Positions 22,285 through 32,462 are shown, counted from the first letter of the stretch. The stretch is DNA of 64,000 bases from an uncultured Alphaproteobacteria bacterium (GCA_937864985.1 CALMEZ010000194.1:151-64150); one strand, 5' to 3'. Notes: generated by a model from the letters alone, not told the origin. Numbers and translations: made by a program.

Positions 22285-23375
22285 TTGCGCCGCTGACGCC
22301 TGTTGATTTCAGCAATCTGCGTCAATGGCAGCGCATCGACCTCGAACCATCGCTTGCAGCTTTCAGGCGATCAGCTGCAGAAATGTTGTCAACTGCGTCC
22401 GGCTTTTCTCGGCAGCCCGTCTTCGGTGGCAGTATTGAGGATTGGTATCCCGTCTGCAAGGCAAGTCTTGACGCAATGGACGCAAGACATTTCTTCGAGA
22501 CGCTTTTCAAGCCTTTTCAAGTTATGGACCCAGACAGGCCCCAAGGCCTGTTTACGGGCTATTACGAACCACTGGTGGAAGGCACGCGGCAACCTGACCC
22601 TGCCTTCCCGGTTCCCGTTTACGGCAAGCCGGCAGATCTTGTGTCTTTTATGCTAGATGAAGTCCAAAATTCGGGTTTGACATATGGACGCCGCCTCAGG
22701 GGCGAGCCTGCGCCCTATGATACACGAGAAAAGATCGAGAAAGGGTCGTTGGCAGGACAAGGCCTGGAAATCTGCTGGGTCCGCGATTGGACTGACGCCT
22801 TCTTTATGCACATTCAGGGATCAGGCCGTGTCAAGTTGCAAGACGGACCGGAAATCAGGCTCGCTTACGCCGCCAAAACAGGGCTGCCCTACACAGGCAT
22901 TGGCAGTGTGCTTCTCAAACGGGGGATCGGAACCCCGGAAACCATGTCCATGCAGTTTCTGAAACAGTGGATGAAAGACCACCCCAGCGAAGCGCGCGAT
23001 CTCATGTGGCATAACCAGTCATATGTGTTTTTTCAGGAGATCACCGTCAAAGACCCAGGACTGGGTGCCATCGGGGCGGCCAAGGTGAATCTCACGCCGC
23101 GACGCTCATTGGCTGTCGACAGGTACTATTGGATGTTCGGCACGCCTGTATTGCTCGACACCACTACACCTCCGGAATCACCAGGCGGGTCTCAGCCATT
23201 TGTAGAGTTGATGATCGCGCAGGATACGGGAACCGCCATCAAGGGACTGGCGCGAGGTGATGTTTACTGGGGTTGGGGCGTGGAAGCGGCCCTCATTGCC
23301 GGCCACATGAAGAGCCCGGGTCGCATGACTGTGCTGCTTCCGCCTGCAGTTGGACGCAAGCATGGTTTCATGTAA
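22281..23375 (+). CDS. mltA: Membrane-bound lytic murein transglycosylase A
   Basis: FTGYYEP, FFMHIQGSG, N.SYVFF, AQDTGTAIKG..RGDVYWG. Confidence 0.93.
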   Translation: MIAPLTPVDFSNLRQWQRIDLEPSLAAFRRSAAEMLSTASGFSRQPVFGGSIEDWYPVCKASLDAMDARHFFETLFKPFQVMDPDRPQGLFTGYYEPLVEGTRQPDPAFPVPVYGKPADLVSFMLDEVQNSGLTYGRRLRGEPAPYDTREKIEKGSLAGQGLEICWVRDWTDAFFMHIQGSGRVKLQDGPEIRLAYAAKTGLPYTGIGSVLLKRGIGTPETMSMQFLKQWMKDHPSEARDLMWHNQSYVFFQEITVKDPGLGAIGAAKVNLTPRRSLAVDRYYWMFGTPVLLDTTTPPESPGGSQPFVELMIAQDTGTAIKGLARGDVYWGWGVEAALIAGHMKSPGRMTVLLPPAVGRKHGFM

Positions 23376-23968
23376 TGGCTAAGAAACCTTTCCAGCCAGA
23401 TGATCATGCCCTCTGGGATGAGGTGAAGAAAAGCGTTTCGCCTCTCATGATGAGGAAGGTGGTTGCAGCCAAACGCAAACATCATCGCAGCCCACCGCTC
23501 CCTGCATTGCTTCACGCCCAGCACAAACACGATGTTCATCATATTCCTGATAAGCCCAGGCCAATGCATAAATCCGCACCACCTCCGTTGGCTGCGTTCG
23601 ACCGTCGGACAGCGCAAAAACTGAACCGGGGCCAATCGGAGCCTGATGCCAGGATTGATCTGCATGGTGAAGGTGTTGAAACGGCCCGTATCAAGCTCCT
23701 GCATTTCTTGGCCAGCCAACGCCACCGTGGGGCACGGCTGGTTCTCGTCATCACCGGCAAAGGATCGTCACCTTTTGCCCGCCATACCTTGCATGGGACA
23801 ACTCATTTTCATGCACCAGAGCGTGAGGGCAAACTTCGCAGGGAAGTTCCTCTTTGGTTGAATGAAGAAGGTTTTCGAATCCATGCTGTCGGCTTTCAGC
23901 CAGCCCATCCTCGCCATGGGGGCGGAGGTGCATTTTACGTCCGCCTGCGCCGGATCATGGAGAATTGA
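23375..23968 (+). CDS. Smr/MutS2 domain protein
   Basis: IDLHG, LVITGKG, HGGGGAFYV. Confidence 0.9.
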   Translation: MAKKPFQPDDHALWDEVKKSVSPLMMRKVVAAKRKHHRSPPLPALLHAQHKHDVHHIPDKPRPMHKSAPPPLAAFDRRTAQKLNRGQSEPDARIDLHGEGVETARIKLLHFLASQRHRGARLVLVITGKGSSPFARHTLHGTTHFHAPEREGKLRREVPLWLNEEGFRIHAVGFQPAHPRHGGGGAFYVRLRRIMEN

Positions 23969-24333
23969 TGACACCATTTGGCGCGAAACTGCGTGAACTG
24001 AGAAAGTCACGGCAGGTGACCTTGCAAGACATGGCAAAGGCACTCCACGTGTCCAGTGCCTATCTATCAGCATTGGAACATGGCAAACGTGGCCGACCAC
24101 CCTGGCATTTGGTGCAAGGCGTCATCGCTTATTTCAATGTCATCTGGGACGAAGCCGAAGAACTTGTGAAGCTCGCCCGTTTGTCACATCCCCGCATTAC
24201 AATTGATACCTCCGGCCTTGACCCACAGGCCACGGAACTTGCCAATCGTCTGGCAGATAAGGTCACCAAGCTCGATCAGAAAACTGTGACGGCGATGCTT
24301 GCGCTACTAGACAACAATGATATTCGCAAATGA
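23968..24333 (+). CDS. XRE-family helix-turn-helix regulator
   Basis: TPFG.KLRELR...MA..L.VS.AYLSALEHGKRGRP. Confidence 0.88.
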   Translation: MTPFGAKLRELRKSRQVTLQDMAKALHVSSAYLSALEHGKRGRPPWHLVQGVIAYFNVIWDEAEELVKLARLSHPRITIDTSGLDPQATELANRLADKVTKLDQKTVTAMLALLDNNDIRK

Positions 24334-24385
24334 TTGCACGTACCTCCAGCTCGACAACCCGGCAAGTTTGAGCCAAAAAACAAAA

Positions 24386-25135
24386 ATGAACATCGCCATT
24401 TTTAATCTTGAAGGAAAACGTGCCTTGGTGACAGGCGCAAGCCGCGGCATCGGCAAGGCATTGGCCCGAGGGCTTGTTGGGGCGGGGGCGTCAGTGGCTC
24501 TGGCGTCGCGTCATATCAATGAAGTGCAGGCGTCCGCTGAAGAAATCGGCGGAGATGCATTAGCAATCGAAGTCGATGTGACGAACGTTGCATCCTGCCG
24601 CGCCGCCGTCGCTACTGCGGCCAAGCAATTGGGCGGCTTGGATATCCTGATTAACAATGCGGGCGTTGAGCAAGTTGCAGCATCGCTCGACGTGACCGAG
24701 GAGCTTTGGGATCGTATCGTCGATACCAACCTGAAGGGAGCTTTTTTCATGGCTCAGTCTGCGGCGCGCGTGATGATGGGAGGTACAATTCTCAATATTG
24801 CTTCCCTGACGTCCGAACGCGGCATACCGACGGCTGTTCCCTATGGATCCTCCAAGACCGGCCTTGTCGGAATGACGAGAGCGCTGGCCGCTGAATGGGC
24901 TGCGCGCGGAATCCGCGTCAACGCGCTTGAGCCGGGCTATTTCCGGACGGATCTGACAGAGGTTTTCTACCAGAATGAGGATTGGCAAAAAGCCATGCTT
25001 GCGAATATCCCCATGGGCCGCTTTGGACAGCTTGATGATCTGATCGGTGCGGCAATATTCCTCTGTTCAGAGGCTTCCAGCTATATTACCGGCATTGTCC
25101 TTCCAGTCGACGGCGGCACTCTCGCTGCCATTTGA
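24386..25135 (+). CDS. SDR family oxidoreductase (gluconate 5-dehydrogenase/HpsO-like)
   Basis: TGASRGIG, NNAG, YGSSK, PGYF.T, VDGG. Confidence 0.88.
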   Translation: MNIAIFNLEGKRALVTGASRGIGKALARGLVGAGASVALASRHINEVQASAEEIGGDALAIEVDVTNVASCRAAVATAAKQLGGLDILINNAGVEQVAASLDVTEELWDRIVDTNLKGAFFMAQSAARVMMGGTILNIASLTSERGIPTAVPYGSSKTGLVGMTRALAAEWAARGIRVNALEPGYFRTDLTEVFYQNEDWQKAMLANIPMGRFGQLDDLIGAAIFLCSEASSYITGIVLPVDGGTLAAI

Positions 25136-25147
25136 GGTTCGCGTTTC

Positions 25148-26473
25148 ATGACACCCAAAATCAAATTCCATGACCTTGCGAAGATGTCAGCCGAGGCACG
25201 CGGCCGATTGCTGCAGCGGACGGAAACCGACCTCACGGAATTTGAACAAAAGGTCAGGCCAATCATCGATGCAGTCCGGACGGAAGGCGATCATGCCTTG
25301 GCACGCTTTGCACAACAATTCGACAAATCACCAGTTAAGGCAAGCCATATTGCTGCGACGCCGGACGATTTTGCGCGGGCCGAAAAGACATTGGATGGCG
25401 GGACGCGCAAAGCCATGGAGTTTGCTGCCGGATCAATCCGGAAATTTCACCAGGAGCAGATGCCGGAGGAAATGTGGCTGCATGAAGTGCGACCCGGCGC
25501 GTTCGCAGGGGACCGTTCGAGCCCTATCCCGTCCGTTGCTTGTTACGTCCCTCGAGGCAAAGGAGCGTTTCCATCAGTCGCTTTGATGCTGTCAATTCCG
25601 GCCAAAGTGGCTGGTGTAAGAGATGTTGCCATCATCACGCCTCCTGGCCCCGATGGGCACATTGACGATGCCACTCTCGTTGCGGCCCGAATGGCAGGTG
25701 TTGAGCATGTTTATAAGGCGGGCGGGGCGCAGGGAATCGCAGCTGTTGCCTATGGCACACAGACGATCCCGCGTTTCAGCAAAGTTGTTGGTCCAGGCAG
25801 TCCTTGGGTTGCAGCGGCCAAGCGGCTGGTTTCTCACGTGCTAGACGTCGGCTCCCCCGCCGGGCCGAGCGAAGTCATTATTTTTGCGGATGATACAGTT
25901 GATGGCCGGTTGGCCGCACTTGACCTCCTCATTGAATCGGAGCACGGGCCGGACAGTTCAGCCTATATCGTTACGTGGTCGAAGCGTGTTGCCGAAGAGG
26001 CTTTGAAAGCCATTGCGGAATATTGGTCGAAGATGAGCGAGAAGCGGGCTGGGTTTTCGCAGGCTGTCTTGGGTGGTGCCGTGGGTGGGGTGGTTTTGGC
26101 GCGTGATGAAGATGACGCACTTGCCTTCTGCAATGATTACGCGCCTGAGCATCTTGAGGTGTTGGCCAAAGAACCATTTCAGTATTTGGGCCGCCTCAAA
26201 CATGCTGGCGAAATTCTGTTGGGTGAGTACTCGCCGACGACGCTTGGCAATTACGTGATCGGCCCAAACCATGTTCTGCCGACCAGCGGCTGGGCAAAGA
26301 CGGCATCTGCCGTATCGGTGTTTGATTTTCTCAAGCGCACATCAATCGCTTACGTTACGTCAAGGGGTTACCCCGAATTGGCAAAGAATGCCCGTGCACT
26401 GGCCATTTATGAAGGTTTCGACGGTCATGCCAATGCCGTTTCCGAATTGCGTGATCAGATCTTGAAACGTTAA
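25148..26473 (+). CDS. hisD: Histidinol dehydrogenase-family protein (divergent HisD paralogue, HpsN-like context)
   Basis: GGAQGIAA.AYG, GPG, AGPSE, APEHL, GPNHVLPT; Zn-ligand positions read ESEH/GNY instead of QAEH/GDY. Confidence 0.8.
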   Translation: MTPKIKFHDLAKMSAEARGRLLQRTETDLTEFEQKVRPIIDAVRTEGDHALARFAQQFDKSPVKASHIAATPDDFARAEKTLDGGTRKAMEFAAGSIRKFHQEQMPEEMWLHEVRPGAFAGDRSSPIPSVACYVPRGKGAFPSVALMLSIPAKVAGVRDVAIITPPGPDGHIDDATLVAARMAGVEHVYKAGGAQGIAAVAYGTQTIPRFSKVVGPGSPWVAAAKRLVSHVLDVGSPAGPSEVIIFADDTVDGRLAALDLLIESEHGPDSSAYIVTWSKRVAEEALKAIAEYWSKMSEKRAGFSQAVLGGAVGGVVLARDEDDALAFCNDYAPEHLEVLAKEPFQYLGRLKHAGEILLGEYSPTTLGNYVIGPNHVLPTSGWAKTASAVSVFDFLKRTSIAYVTSRGYPELAKNARALAIYEGFDGHANAVSELRDQILKR

Positions 26474-26474
26474 G

Positions 26475-27458
26475 TTATGAAGGTTTGATCAAAGTCTTCA
26501 ACTTTTCATTCTGACCTGCCGCAATGCGGGCGTAGGCAGCAGGAACATCATCCAGCGAAATTTCAGCTTCAACAAGTTGAAGCAGCTGGCTTGCGCAGGC
26601 CGGCAACATGGAAATCGCCTCAGGCAATTCCTGCTGGAATGCATGGCAACCGATCAGGGACAGTTCCCGCTCAACAAGCATGTTGGGATCAATTTCAAGT
26701 GTCCCATGGCTGATGCCTACAATGGCAATGCGTCCGCCTGCCGGAGTTGCAGCAATGAGACCCCGCAAGGCGGAAATGCTGCCCGTCGCATCGATGGCCG
26801 CGCTGCAATGAGACGATTCAGCGGGAACGGATACAGCATCCGTGACGCGAGCAACGAGCGCGGCCCGGACGGCATTTTTATCAGCTAATTTGACAGTCTT
26901 ATGCCCCAGCCGTTTCGCAATCACTGCGGCAAGCCCCCCAATCGGGCCACAGCCGACGATCAGCAATGGTTCATCCTTTTGCAGGTGCAGGCGCCGGACG
27001 GCATGCAGGGCCACGGCGAACGGCTCGGCCATTGCGGCAACCTTTGGTGAAAGCCCCTGCGGTACTACATGCAGCAACCGCTCAGGCAAAATTATTTCCG
27101 GGGCAAAACACCCATCGCAAATTTCACCAATGAACCCAAGTTTTTCACAGAGGTGTTGTTGGCCCGCTTGGCATCTCTCGCATGTTCCGCACCAAAAACG
27201 GGAATCGCCAGCAACAACATCGCCCACACGAAGCCTGTCAGTTTTGTCCCCCAGTTCCGTGACTAAACCAGTAAATTCGTGTCCGGCAATGGAGGGTGAA
27301 CGGCTAATCCACTGTCCGGTCTTGAAGTTATGGATGTCAGACCCGCAAATTCCGGCAATCTCCACCCTGACTCGTACCCAACCGGCAGGTGGTGGAGGGG
27401 GTGAATCAACATTTTCCACCCGCAAGTCTCCTTTGCCGTGGAGTCGGACTGCTTTCAT
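26475..27458 (-). CDS. Zinc-dependent alcohol dehydrogenase (MDR family)
   Basis: GICGSD, GHE, C..C..C...C, EP.AVA.H, GCGPIG. Confidence 0.9.
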   Translation of the reverse strand: MKAVRLHGKGDLRVENVDSPPPPPAGWVRVRVEIAGICGSDIHNFKTGQWISRSPSIAGHEFTGLVTELGDKTDRLRVGDVVAGDSRFWCGTCERCQAGQQHLCEKLGFIGEICDGCFAPEIILPERLLHVVPQGLSPKVAAMAEPFAVALHAVRRLHLQKDEPLLIVGCGPIGGLAAVIAKRLGHKTVKLADKNAVRAALVARVTDAVSVPAESSHCSAAIDATGSISALRGLIAATPAGGRIAIVGISHGTLEIDPNMLVERELSLIGCHAFQQELPEAISMLPACASQLLQLVEAEISLDDVPAAYARIAAGQNEKLKTLIKPS

Positions 27459-27604
27459 AGCGAACACACCTTTCGTTGCCCTCACCATCTGCCAGTAAAC
27501 CAAGACCGTCAACTTGGTCATGTCGTCTCAGGATAACCTATCATATTGACGTGCCGAGGAATTTGCTTTCAATTCCCAATCAGCACCACTGGAAAGGACA
27601 CGTC

Positions 27605-28612
27605 ATGAATTGGACCCCAAATCGCCGGAGATTTCTGAAGACAGGGCTGGCAGCTTCAACACTCGCCGTTTTTGGCAACATCGCTTTGGCAGATGACATT
27701 CCTGCCAAACCGGAACCGGGCACGTTGAAGATGGGTCTGAACCCATGGTTGGGCTATGGCCAATGGCACATCGCCAACAAGAAGGGCTATTTCGCTGCCC
27801 AGGGTCTTGAAGGCGTCGAGCTTGTCAATTTCACAACTGATTCCGATTTGAACGCTGCCTTAGCTTCAGGTCAGCTGCAGTGCGGAAACATTGCGACCCA
27901 CACGGCCATGAATTTTATTGCGGCCGGGCTTCCGATCAAGATCGTCTTGTTGATGGACGTGTCCAAGACGGCTGATGCCATGATCACAGATGGCTCTGTG
28001 ACAGACATCAAGGGGCTCAAAGGCAAACAGGTCGCCCTTGAAGAAGGTACGACCAGCGATATTCTGTTGAACTATGCCCTTTCACAAAATGGCATGACCA
28101 TTGCCGATGTGCAGAAAGTGCCAATGCCGGCCGCCGATGCGGGCTCGGCTTTGATTGCAGGCAAGGTGCCAGTGGCGGTCACATACGAACCCTATCTCAC
28201 AATTGCCGAACAGCAGAACAAGGCTGTAAAGATGATCTACAGTGCGGGTGAAAACCCGGGCCTGATCTCGGACGTCTTGGTAGTGACCGAGGAATTCCTG
28301 AAATCAAAACCAGGCCAGGTGCTTGCTTTGGTCAAGGCCTGGGATGCTGCGGTGAGTGACTACCGTAAAGACACGCCCGGTGGCCGTACCATTATTTCCG
28401 AAGCCGTTGGCGCAAAGCCGGAAGAGCTGGCAACGGCGTTTGACGGGGTTGTCTATTACTCTGCCGCTGAAAACAAGGCCGAGTTGGGTGGTAATTTCGC
28501 CACGAAAGTCATTCCTGAAGTGCATAAGGCGGCGCGCGCTGCAGGCATCCTGCAGCAGGATGTTGACCTGACAACGGCCATTGACGCCCGGTTTGTCAAT
28601 GCCACCGGCTAA
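27605..28612 (+). CDS. ABC transporter substrate-binding protein (SsuA/NMT1-like), Tat signal
   Basis: NRRRFLK Tat motif; W.GY..W, LKGK.VA, YEPY. Confidence 0.88.
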   Translation: MNWTPNRRRFLKTGLAASTLAVFGNIALADDIPAKPEPGTLKMGLNPWLGYGQWHIANKKGYFAAQGLEGVELVNFTTDSDLNAALASGQLQCGNIATHTAMNFIAAGLPIKIVLLMDVSKTADAMITDGSVTDIKGLKGKQVALEEGTTSDILLNYALSQNGMTIADVQKVPMPAADAGSALIAGKVPVAVTYEPYLTIAEQQNKAVKMIYSAGENPGLISDVLVVTEEFLKSKPGQVLALVKAWDAAVSDYRKDTPGGRTIISEAVGAKPEELATAFDGVVYYSAAENKAELGGNFATKVIPEVHKAARAAGILQQDVDLTTAIDARFVNATG

Positions 28613-29423
28613 TAAGCTTGGCGGCCCATCAACGATGGGCCGCCTGTTTTCTTTAGGCGGAAAAATTTCTTCAGCTGAATTCTTTGCGATTGCTTGTGCT
28701 GTTTTTGCTGGCGTCGGCATCGTTTGGTATCTGGCGGCCGCTGCAAAATTGGTTGGTCCGTTGTTCTTGCCTTCCCCAGCAGCCGTGTTTTGGCGGCTTG
28801 GCGAACTTTGGTCTTCGGGCCAACTCATGCAAGACCTCGCCATCAGTGTTTATCGGATTTCTGTTGGCTTTTTCATCTCAACAGTGATCGCCTTGCCCAT
28901 CGGCGTCTTGATCGGCTGCTACCGAGGTTGGGAGGCGGCTATCGAGCCATTTGTCGATTTTATCCGTTATATGCCTGTCGTGGCCTTCGTTCCGCTCACC
29001 GTTCTTTGGACGGGTATTGGCGATGCCCAGAAGTTTCTCATCATCTTTATCGGAACCTTCTTTCAGCAAGTGTTGCTGATCATGGACAACGTCAAGGCTG
29101 TTCCGAAGGATTTCATCAACCTTGGGCGCACCCTTGAAATGCCTGAATGGCGCATTCTGCAGCGCATTGTTGTGCCTTCTGCACTACCCGCAATCTGGGA
29201 TACCATGCGCATTACTTTGGGTTGGGCGTGGACGTGGCTGGTCGTTGCAGAACTTATCGCCGCGACAACGGGGCTCGGCTACCGCATCACCATTGGTCAA
29301 CGTCACTTCCAGACAGATTTGATCTTTGGCTATCTCTTGATCCTTGGCACACTCGGGCTGCTGACCGATCAGATCATGAAGGCCGTTGGCCGAAAGCTAT
29401 TCCGCTATTTGGTGCAACGGTGA
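28599..29423 (+). CDS. ABC transporter permease (SsuC/TauC-like)
   Basis: FLPSP, RY.P..AF.PL, EAA-loop region, LVVAEL. Confidence 0.9.
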   Translation: MPPANKLGGPSTMGRLFSLGGKISSAEFFAIACAVFAGVGIVWYLAAAAKLVGPLFLPSPAAVFWRLGELWSSGQLMQDLAISVYRISVGFFISTVIALPIGVLIGCYRGWEAAIEPFVDFIRYMPVVAFVPLTVLWTGIGDAQKFLIIFIGTFFQQVLLIMDNVKAVPKDFINLGRTLEMPEWRILQRIVVPSALPAIWDTMRITLGWAWTWLVVAELIAATTGLGYRITIGQRHFQTDLIFGYLLILGTLGLLTDQIMKAVGRKLFRYLVQR

Positions 29424-30208
29424 TGTCAAAGCCAAAGCTCGTCATCTCCGGGCTGTCAAAGCGCTTCATCACTGATCGCGGGGAAACGCTCGCCCTGAAC
29501 GGCGTAAACCTTGAACTGGCAGAAAATGAATTTGTGACACTGGTCGGCACATCGGGTTGTGGCAAATCAACGTTGCTGTCGATTGTGGCCGGCCTTGACC
29601 AGCCAACTGAGGGAACAGCAAGTATCGATGGAGAAGAGATTGTCGCTCCGGGTTTGGACCGCGGCGTAGTTTTCCAAAATTATACGCTGTTGCCGTGGCT
29701 CAATGCCCAGGCAAATGTTGAGTTCGCTCTGAGGGCAGCAGGCAAGAATGTGGCTGAAGCCCGCGAGATTGCAAAGGCCCACCTTCATCTCGTCGGTCTA
29801 AAGGGTTTTGAAGAGGCTTATCCCACTGAACTTTCAGGCGGAATGAAGCAGCGTGTCGCCATCGCGCGCGCCCTCAGTTACCGACCGCGCATGCTGTTGA
29901 TGGACGAGCCATTTGGCGCATTGGATGCACTGACGCGTCACCACCTCCAGGAGCTCTTGACGCAGATCTGGGAGCAGCATCGGCTGACCGTCCTGTTCAT
30001 CACGCACGATGTTGAAGAAGCCGTCTATCTGTCTGATCGCGTAGCAGTGATGACCAATCGTCCAGGCCGGATTAAAGCCAATATTCCAATCACCCTGCCA
30101 CGGCCACGCCGCTATGACATGGTGACAAGCCAGGAATTCCAGACTTTCCAGCGGCAGATCCTCGATGAAATCCGAAGCGAATCCCTCGCAGCTGCCCACA
30201 TTGCGTGA
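29423..30208 (+). CDS. ABC transporter ATP-binding protein (SsuB/TauB-like)
   Basis: GTSGCGKST, LSGGMKQR, MDEPFGALD, THD. Confidence 0.93.
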   Translation: MSKPKLVISGLSKRFITDRGETLALNGVNLELAENEFVTLVGTSGCGKSTLLSIVAGLDQPTEGTASIDGEEIVAPGLDRGVVFQNYTLLPWLNAQANVEFALRAAGKNVAEAREIAKAHLHLVGLKGFEEAYPTELSGGMKQRVAIARALSYRPRMLLMDEPFGALDALTRHHLQELLTQIWEQHRLTVLFITHDVEEAVYLSDRVAVMTNRPGRIKANIPITLPRPRRYDMVTSQEFQTFQRQILDEIRSESLAAAHIA

Positions 30209-30238
30209 GCAGCCACGTAGGAATTCAAGCAAGAAGGC

Positions 30239-31381
30239 CTACCCGACGTGATCAATACGTTCCATGTATTGTGCAAGGGATTTGACCTGACCGAGCCATG
30301 CCGACAGGATCTTGGGATCATGCGGTGCGCCATGCACACCAGACTTGAATTCACCTGCAATCACACTTTCGACCGCCAGTGACACGGGTACAGAGACGAG
30401 CCGCCCCATGGCAGTGCCGCGTTCATCACCCCAGGCATCCATTGCCCAGGTCTCGTGGTAAACGGGTTTTCCGCCTCGTTCCGCCTTTAACGAAACAAAC
30501 AGGATAACCCGGTCAGGTTCACCCGCGGCATAGGCATTATCCTTGAGGAAGCCCGCTGCCATTTCTGCGAGTCGTGTATCTCCTTCAGGTCCACTCAGTG
30601 TTTCAATCTCGCGGAACACGGGAGTCCATGCCTTGGACCAGCCATTGAGTCGAATGGTGCCGCGCACAAAGTCTTTCACCTTCCATGACTTGTCAAAGCG
30701 ATAATCCTCCATGAAGGGATAACTGTCCCGGTTGGGATAGACTTCAAAACTTTCCGGTGTCGGCAACGGTGCATCATAGGAGGTAATGGCATCCCATGGC
30801 CTCGCCACCTTCAATTCCTGGAAATTGCGAAGGCTCCGCGAAGGGGAACGCAAGGCCTTTAGGACACCAACAGGTGCCCAGCTGAACTTGTACCGAAATA
30901 GATTTGGAATCTTCGGAACACCACCACAATAGGAGGTGAAGCTCAGCACATTGTCAGGATGATAGGCTTTGCTGGCGCGATAGCGGGCCACAAGGTCATG
31001 TGCCATGAGGTGGTCGATGCCAGGATCAAGGCCGACTTCGTTGACAGAAACAAGCTTCTTCGCACGAAACTGGTCATCCAGCGCCCGCATTTCCGGCGCG
31101 ATATAGGATGACGAAACGAAGTTCGCAGTCTTGTCGAGGCAGGCTTCTGCAATAGCGACATGCTGGTCAGCAGGCAGCATGGAGATGGCGATGTCACCCG
31201 GCTTCAGCGCGGCAGACAAAGCATCAAGTGAATAGGCACGAACATCTTTGGAGAGGTCTCCCACCACTTCACGTGCTTTGTCGACCGTTCGGTTCCAAAC
31301 AGTGACGGCATGCTTGCGCTCAAGCAACCTGCGCAGCCCGGGGCCAGAGGAAAGTCCAGTTCCACACCAGTGAATCGTCAT
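30239..31381 (-). CDS. Saccharopine dehydrogenase, NADP-binding (Lys9-like)
   Basis: NEVGLDPGIDH, SYCGG, YKFSW, YPNRDS. Confidence 0.88.
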   Translation of the reverse strand: MTIHWCGTGLSSGPGLRRLLERKHAVTVWNRTVDKAREVVGDLSKDVRAYSLDALSAALKPGDIAISMLPADQHVAIAEACLDKTANFVSSSYIAPEMRALDDQFRAKKLVSVNEVGLDPGIDHLMAHDLVARYRASKAYHPDNVLSFTSYCGGVPKIPNLFRYKFSWAPVGVLKALRSPSRSLRNFQELKVARPWDAITSYDAPLPTPESFEVYPNRDSYPFMEDYRFDKSWKVKDFVRGTIRLNGWSKAWTPVFREIETLSGPEGDTRLAEMAAGFLKDNAYAAGEPDRVILFVSLKAERGGKPVYHETWAMDAWGDERGTAMGRLVSVPVSLAVESVIAGEFKSGVHGAPHDPKILSAWLGQVKSLAQYMERIDHVG

Positions 31382-31393
31382 GTTGTCACGTCC

Positions 31394-32443
31394 TCAAATG
31401 TTTTTGGTATGTTGATCGAAATAGGTCTTGGCACGTGCCCAGACACCTTCATTCAATTGCCCCAGAGACAGCAGCGTTGGCAGAAGCTGCGCAGCATAGT
31501 CGAAGCTGCTTTCAACAGGCAGGAGCGAGGGCAAATTGTCAATTGCTGTGACATCCAGCGGTGGATTGTCGTGAGCACGCAAGGCAGGTGCGTGCCAGTC
31601 GGTGGCGCGGTCATAAACCTTGATTGGCGAAAAATCAGATGTTGGATCACAGGCGATATCGCCGATGACGGTGAGTTTCCGTTGCGCTGTGACGGCGTCA
31701 GCCGGAACAAACACCGTGCAGCCAGGCTGCGCCAAAATGCAATTCAGGAAAATCTCATGCTGCAGAATCTCAGGAAATGGCCCACCACTTGCGGTTTCGG
31801 CCATATCCCATTTGGTAACAGGCACGTTCATTGCGTTGCAAAGGTCACTTGCGCCGGTGCCAACCCTGCCAAGTGCCCCGATGACGATGGCGCGTGGGCG
31901 CTTGTCAGTTGGCAAATCACGCGTCAAATCGTCCAGCAGTGCCGACTTGTTCGAAAACTTGGAAATGGGTCCAGCGATTTCACTGCGCTGCTGGGCAGCC
32001 CAGCATTTGAGTGCAACGGCAGCGCCGGCAAATCCCGCCCAGTACCCGAATGCAGCGACCCGCCGACCATTCTCATGCACGAGATACTCAAGATCATAAA
32101 GCGTGCCACCACCTGCCTTGAAACGCTCGAGAAGCACCTGCCCCGCGGGTTGTCCCTTGTAGGCATGGCCAAACATGATGTGGCGATGATGAAGCGGCGT
32201 GCCATCTTCGGGGAGTTCTTTTAGTCCAAAAATGATTGCATCATCAGGAGCTGTTGGCCATGAATTCTCGGGAGCAACTGCACAGCCGGCAGTGATATAA
32301 CCATCAATCCCGATAGCCCTGACCGAACTCTTTTCAACGGTTACACGGATACCGGCATCTTTCAGTGCCTTGGCCCCTTCCGGCGTCAGCCCAACCCGTT
32401 CTTCGTTCGGCCGCTGCTCAGCCCGGATCCAAATATGCGTCAT
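31394..32443 (-). CDS. Saccharopine dehydrogenase, lysine-forming (Lys1-like)
   Basis: RAE...E.R, GLKELP, FGHAYKGQ, LYDLEYL, AAFG..AG, IDNLPSLLP.ESS. Confidence 0.9.
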   Translation of the reverse strand: MTHIWIRAEQRPNEERVGLTPEGAKALKDAGIRVTVEKSSVRAIGIDGYITAGCAVAPENSWPTAPDDAIIFGLKELPEDGTPLHHRHIMFGHAYKGQPAGQVLLERFKAGGGTLYDLEYLVHENGRRVAAFGYWAGFAGAAVALKCWAAQQRSEIAGPISKFSNKSALLDDLTRDLPTDKRPRAIVIGALGRVGTGASDLCNAMNVPVTKWDMAETASGGPFPEILQHEIFLNCILAQPGCTVFVPADAVTAQRKLTVIGDIACDPTSDFSPIKVYDRATDWHAPALRAHDNPPLDVTAIDNLPSLLPVESSFDYAAQLLPTLLSLGQLNEGVWARAKTYFDQHTKNI

Positions 32444-32462
32444 GCTTCTTGCTCAACAATTT

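Noticed and set aside
25148-26473. Assignment as ordinary biosynthetic hisD or as definite hpsN
   Set aside because: Altered Zn-ligand motifs and a catabolic context argue against plain hisD; without a phylogeny, hpsN cannot be asserted either
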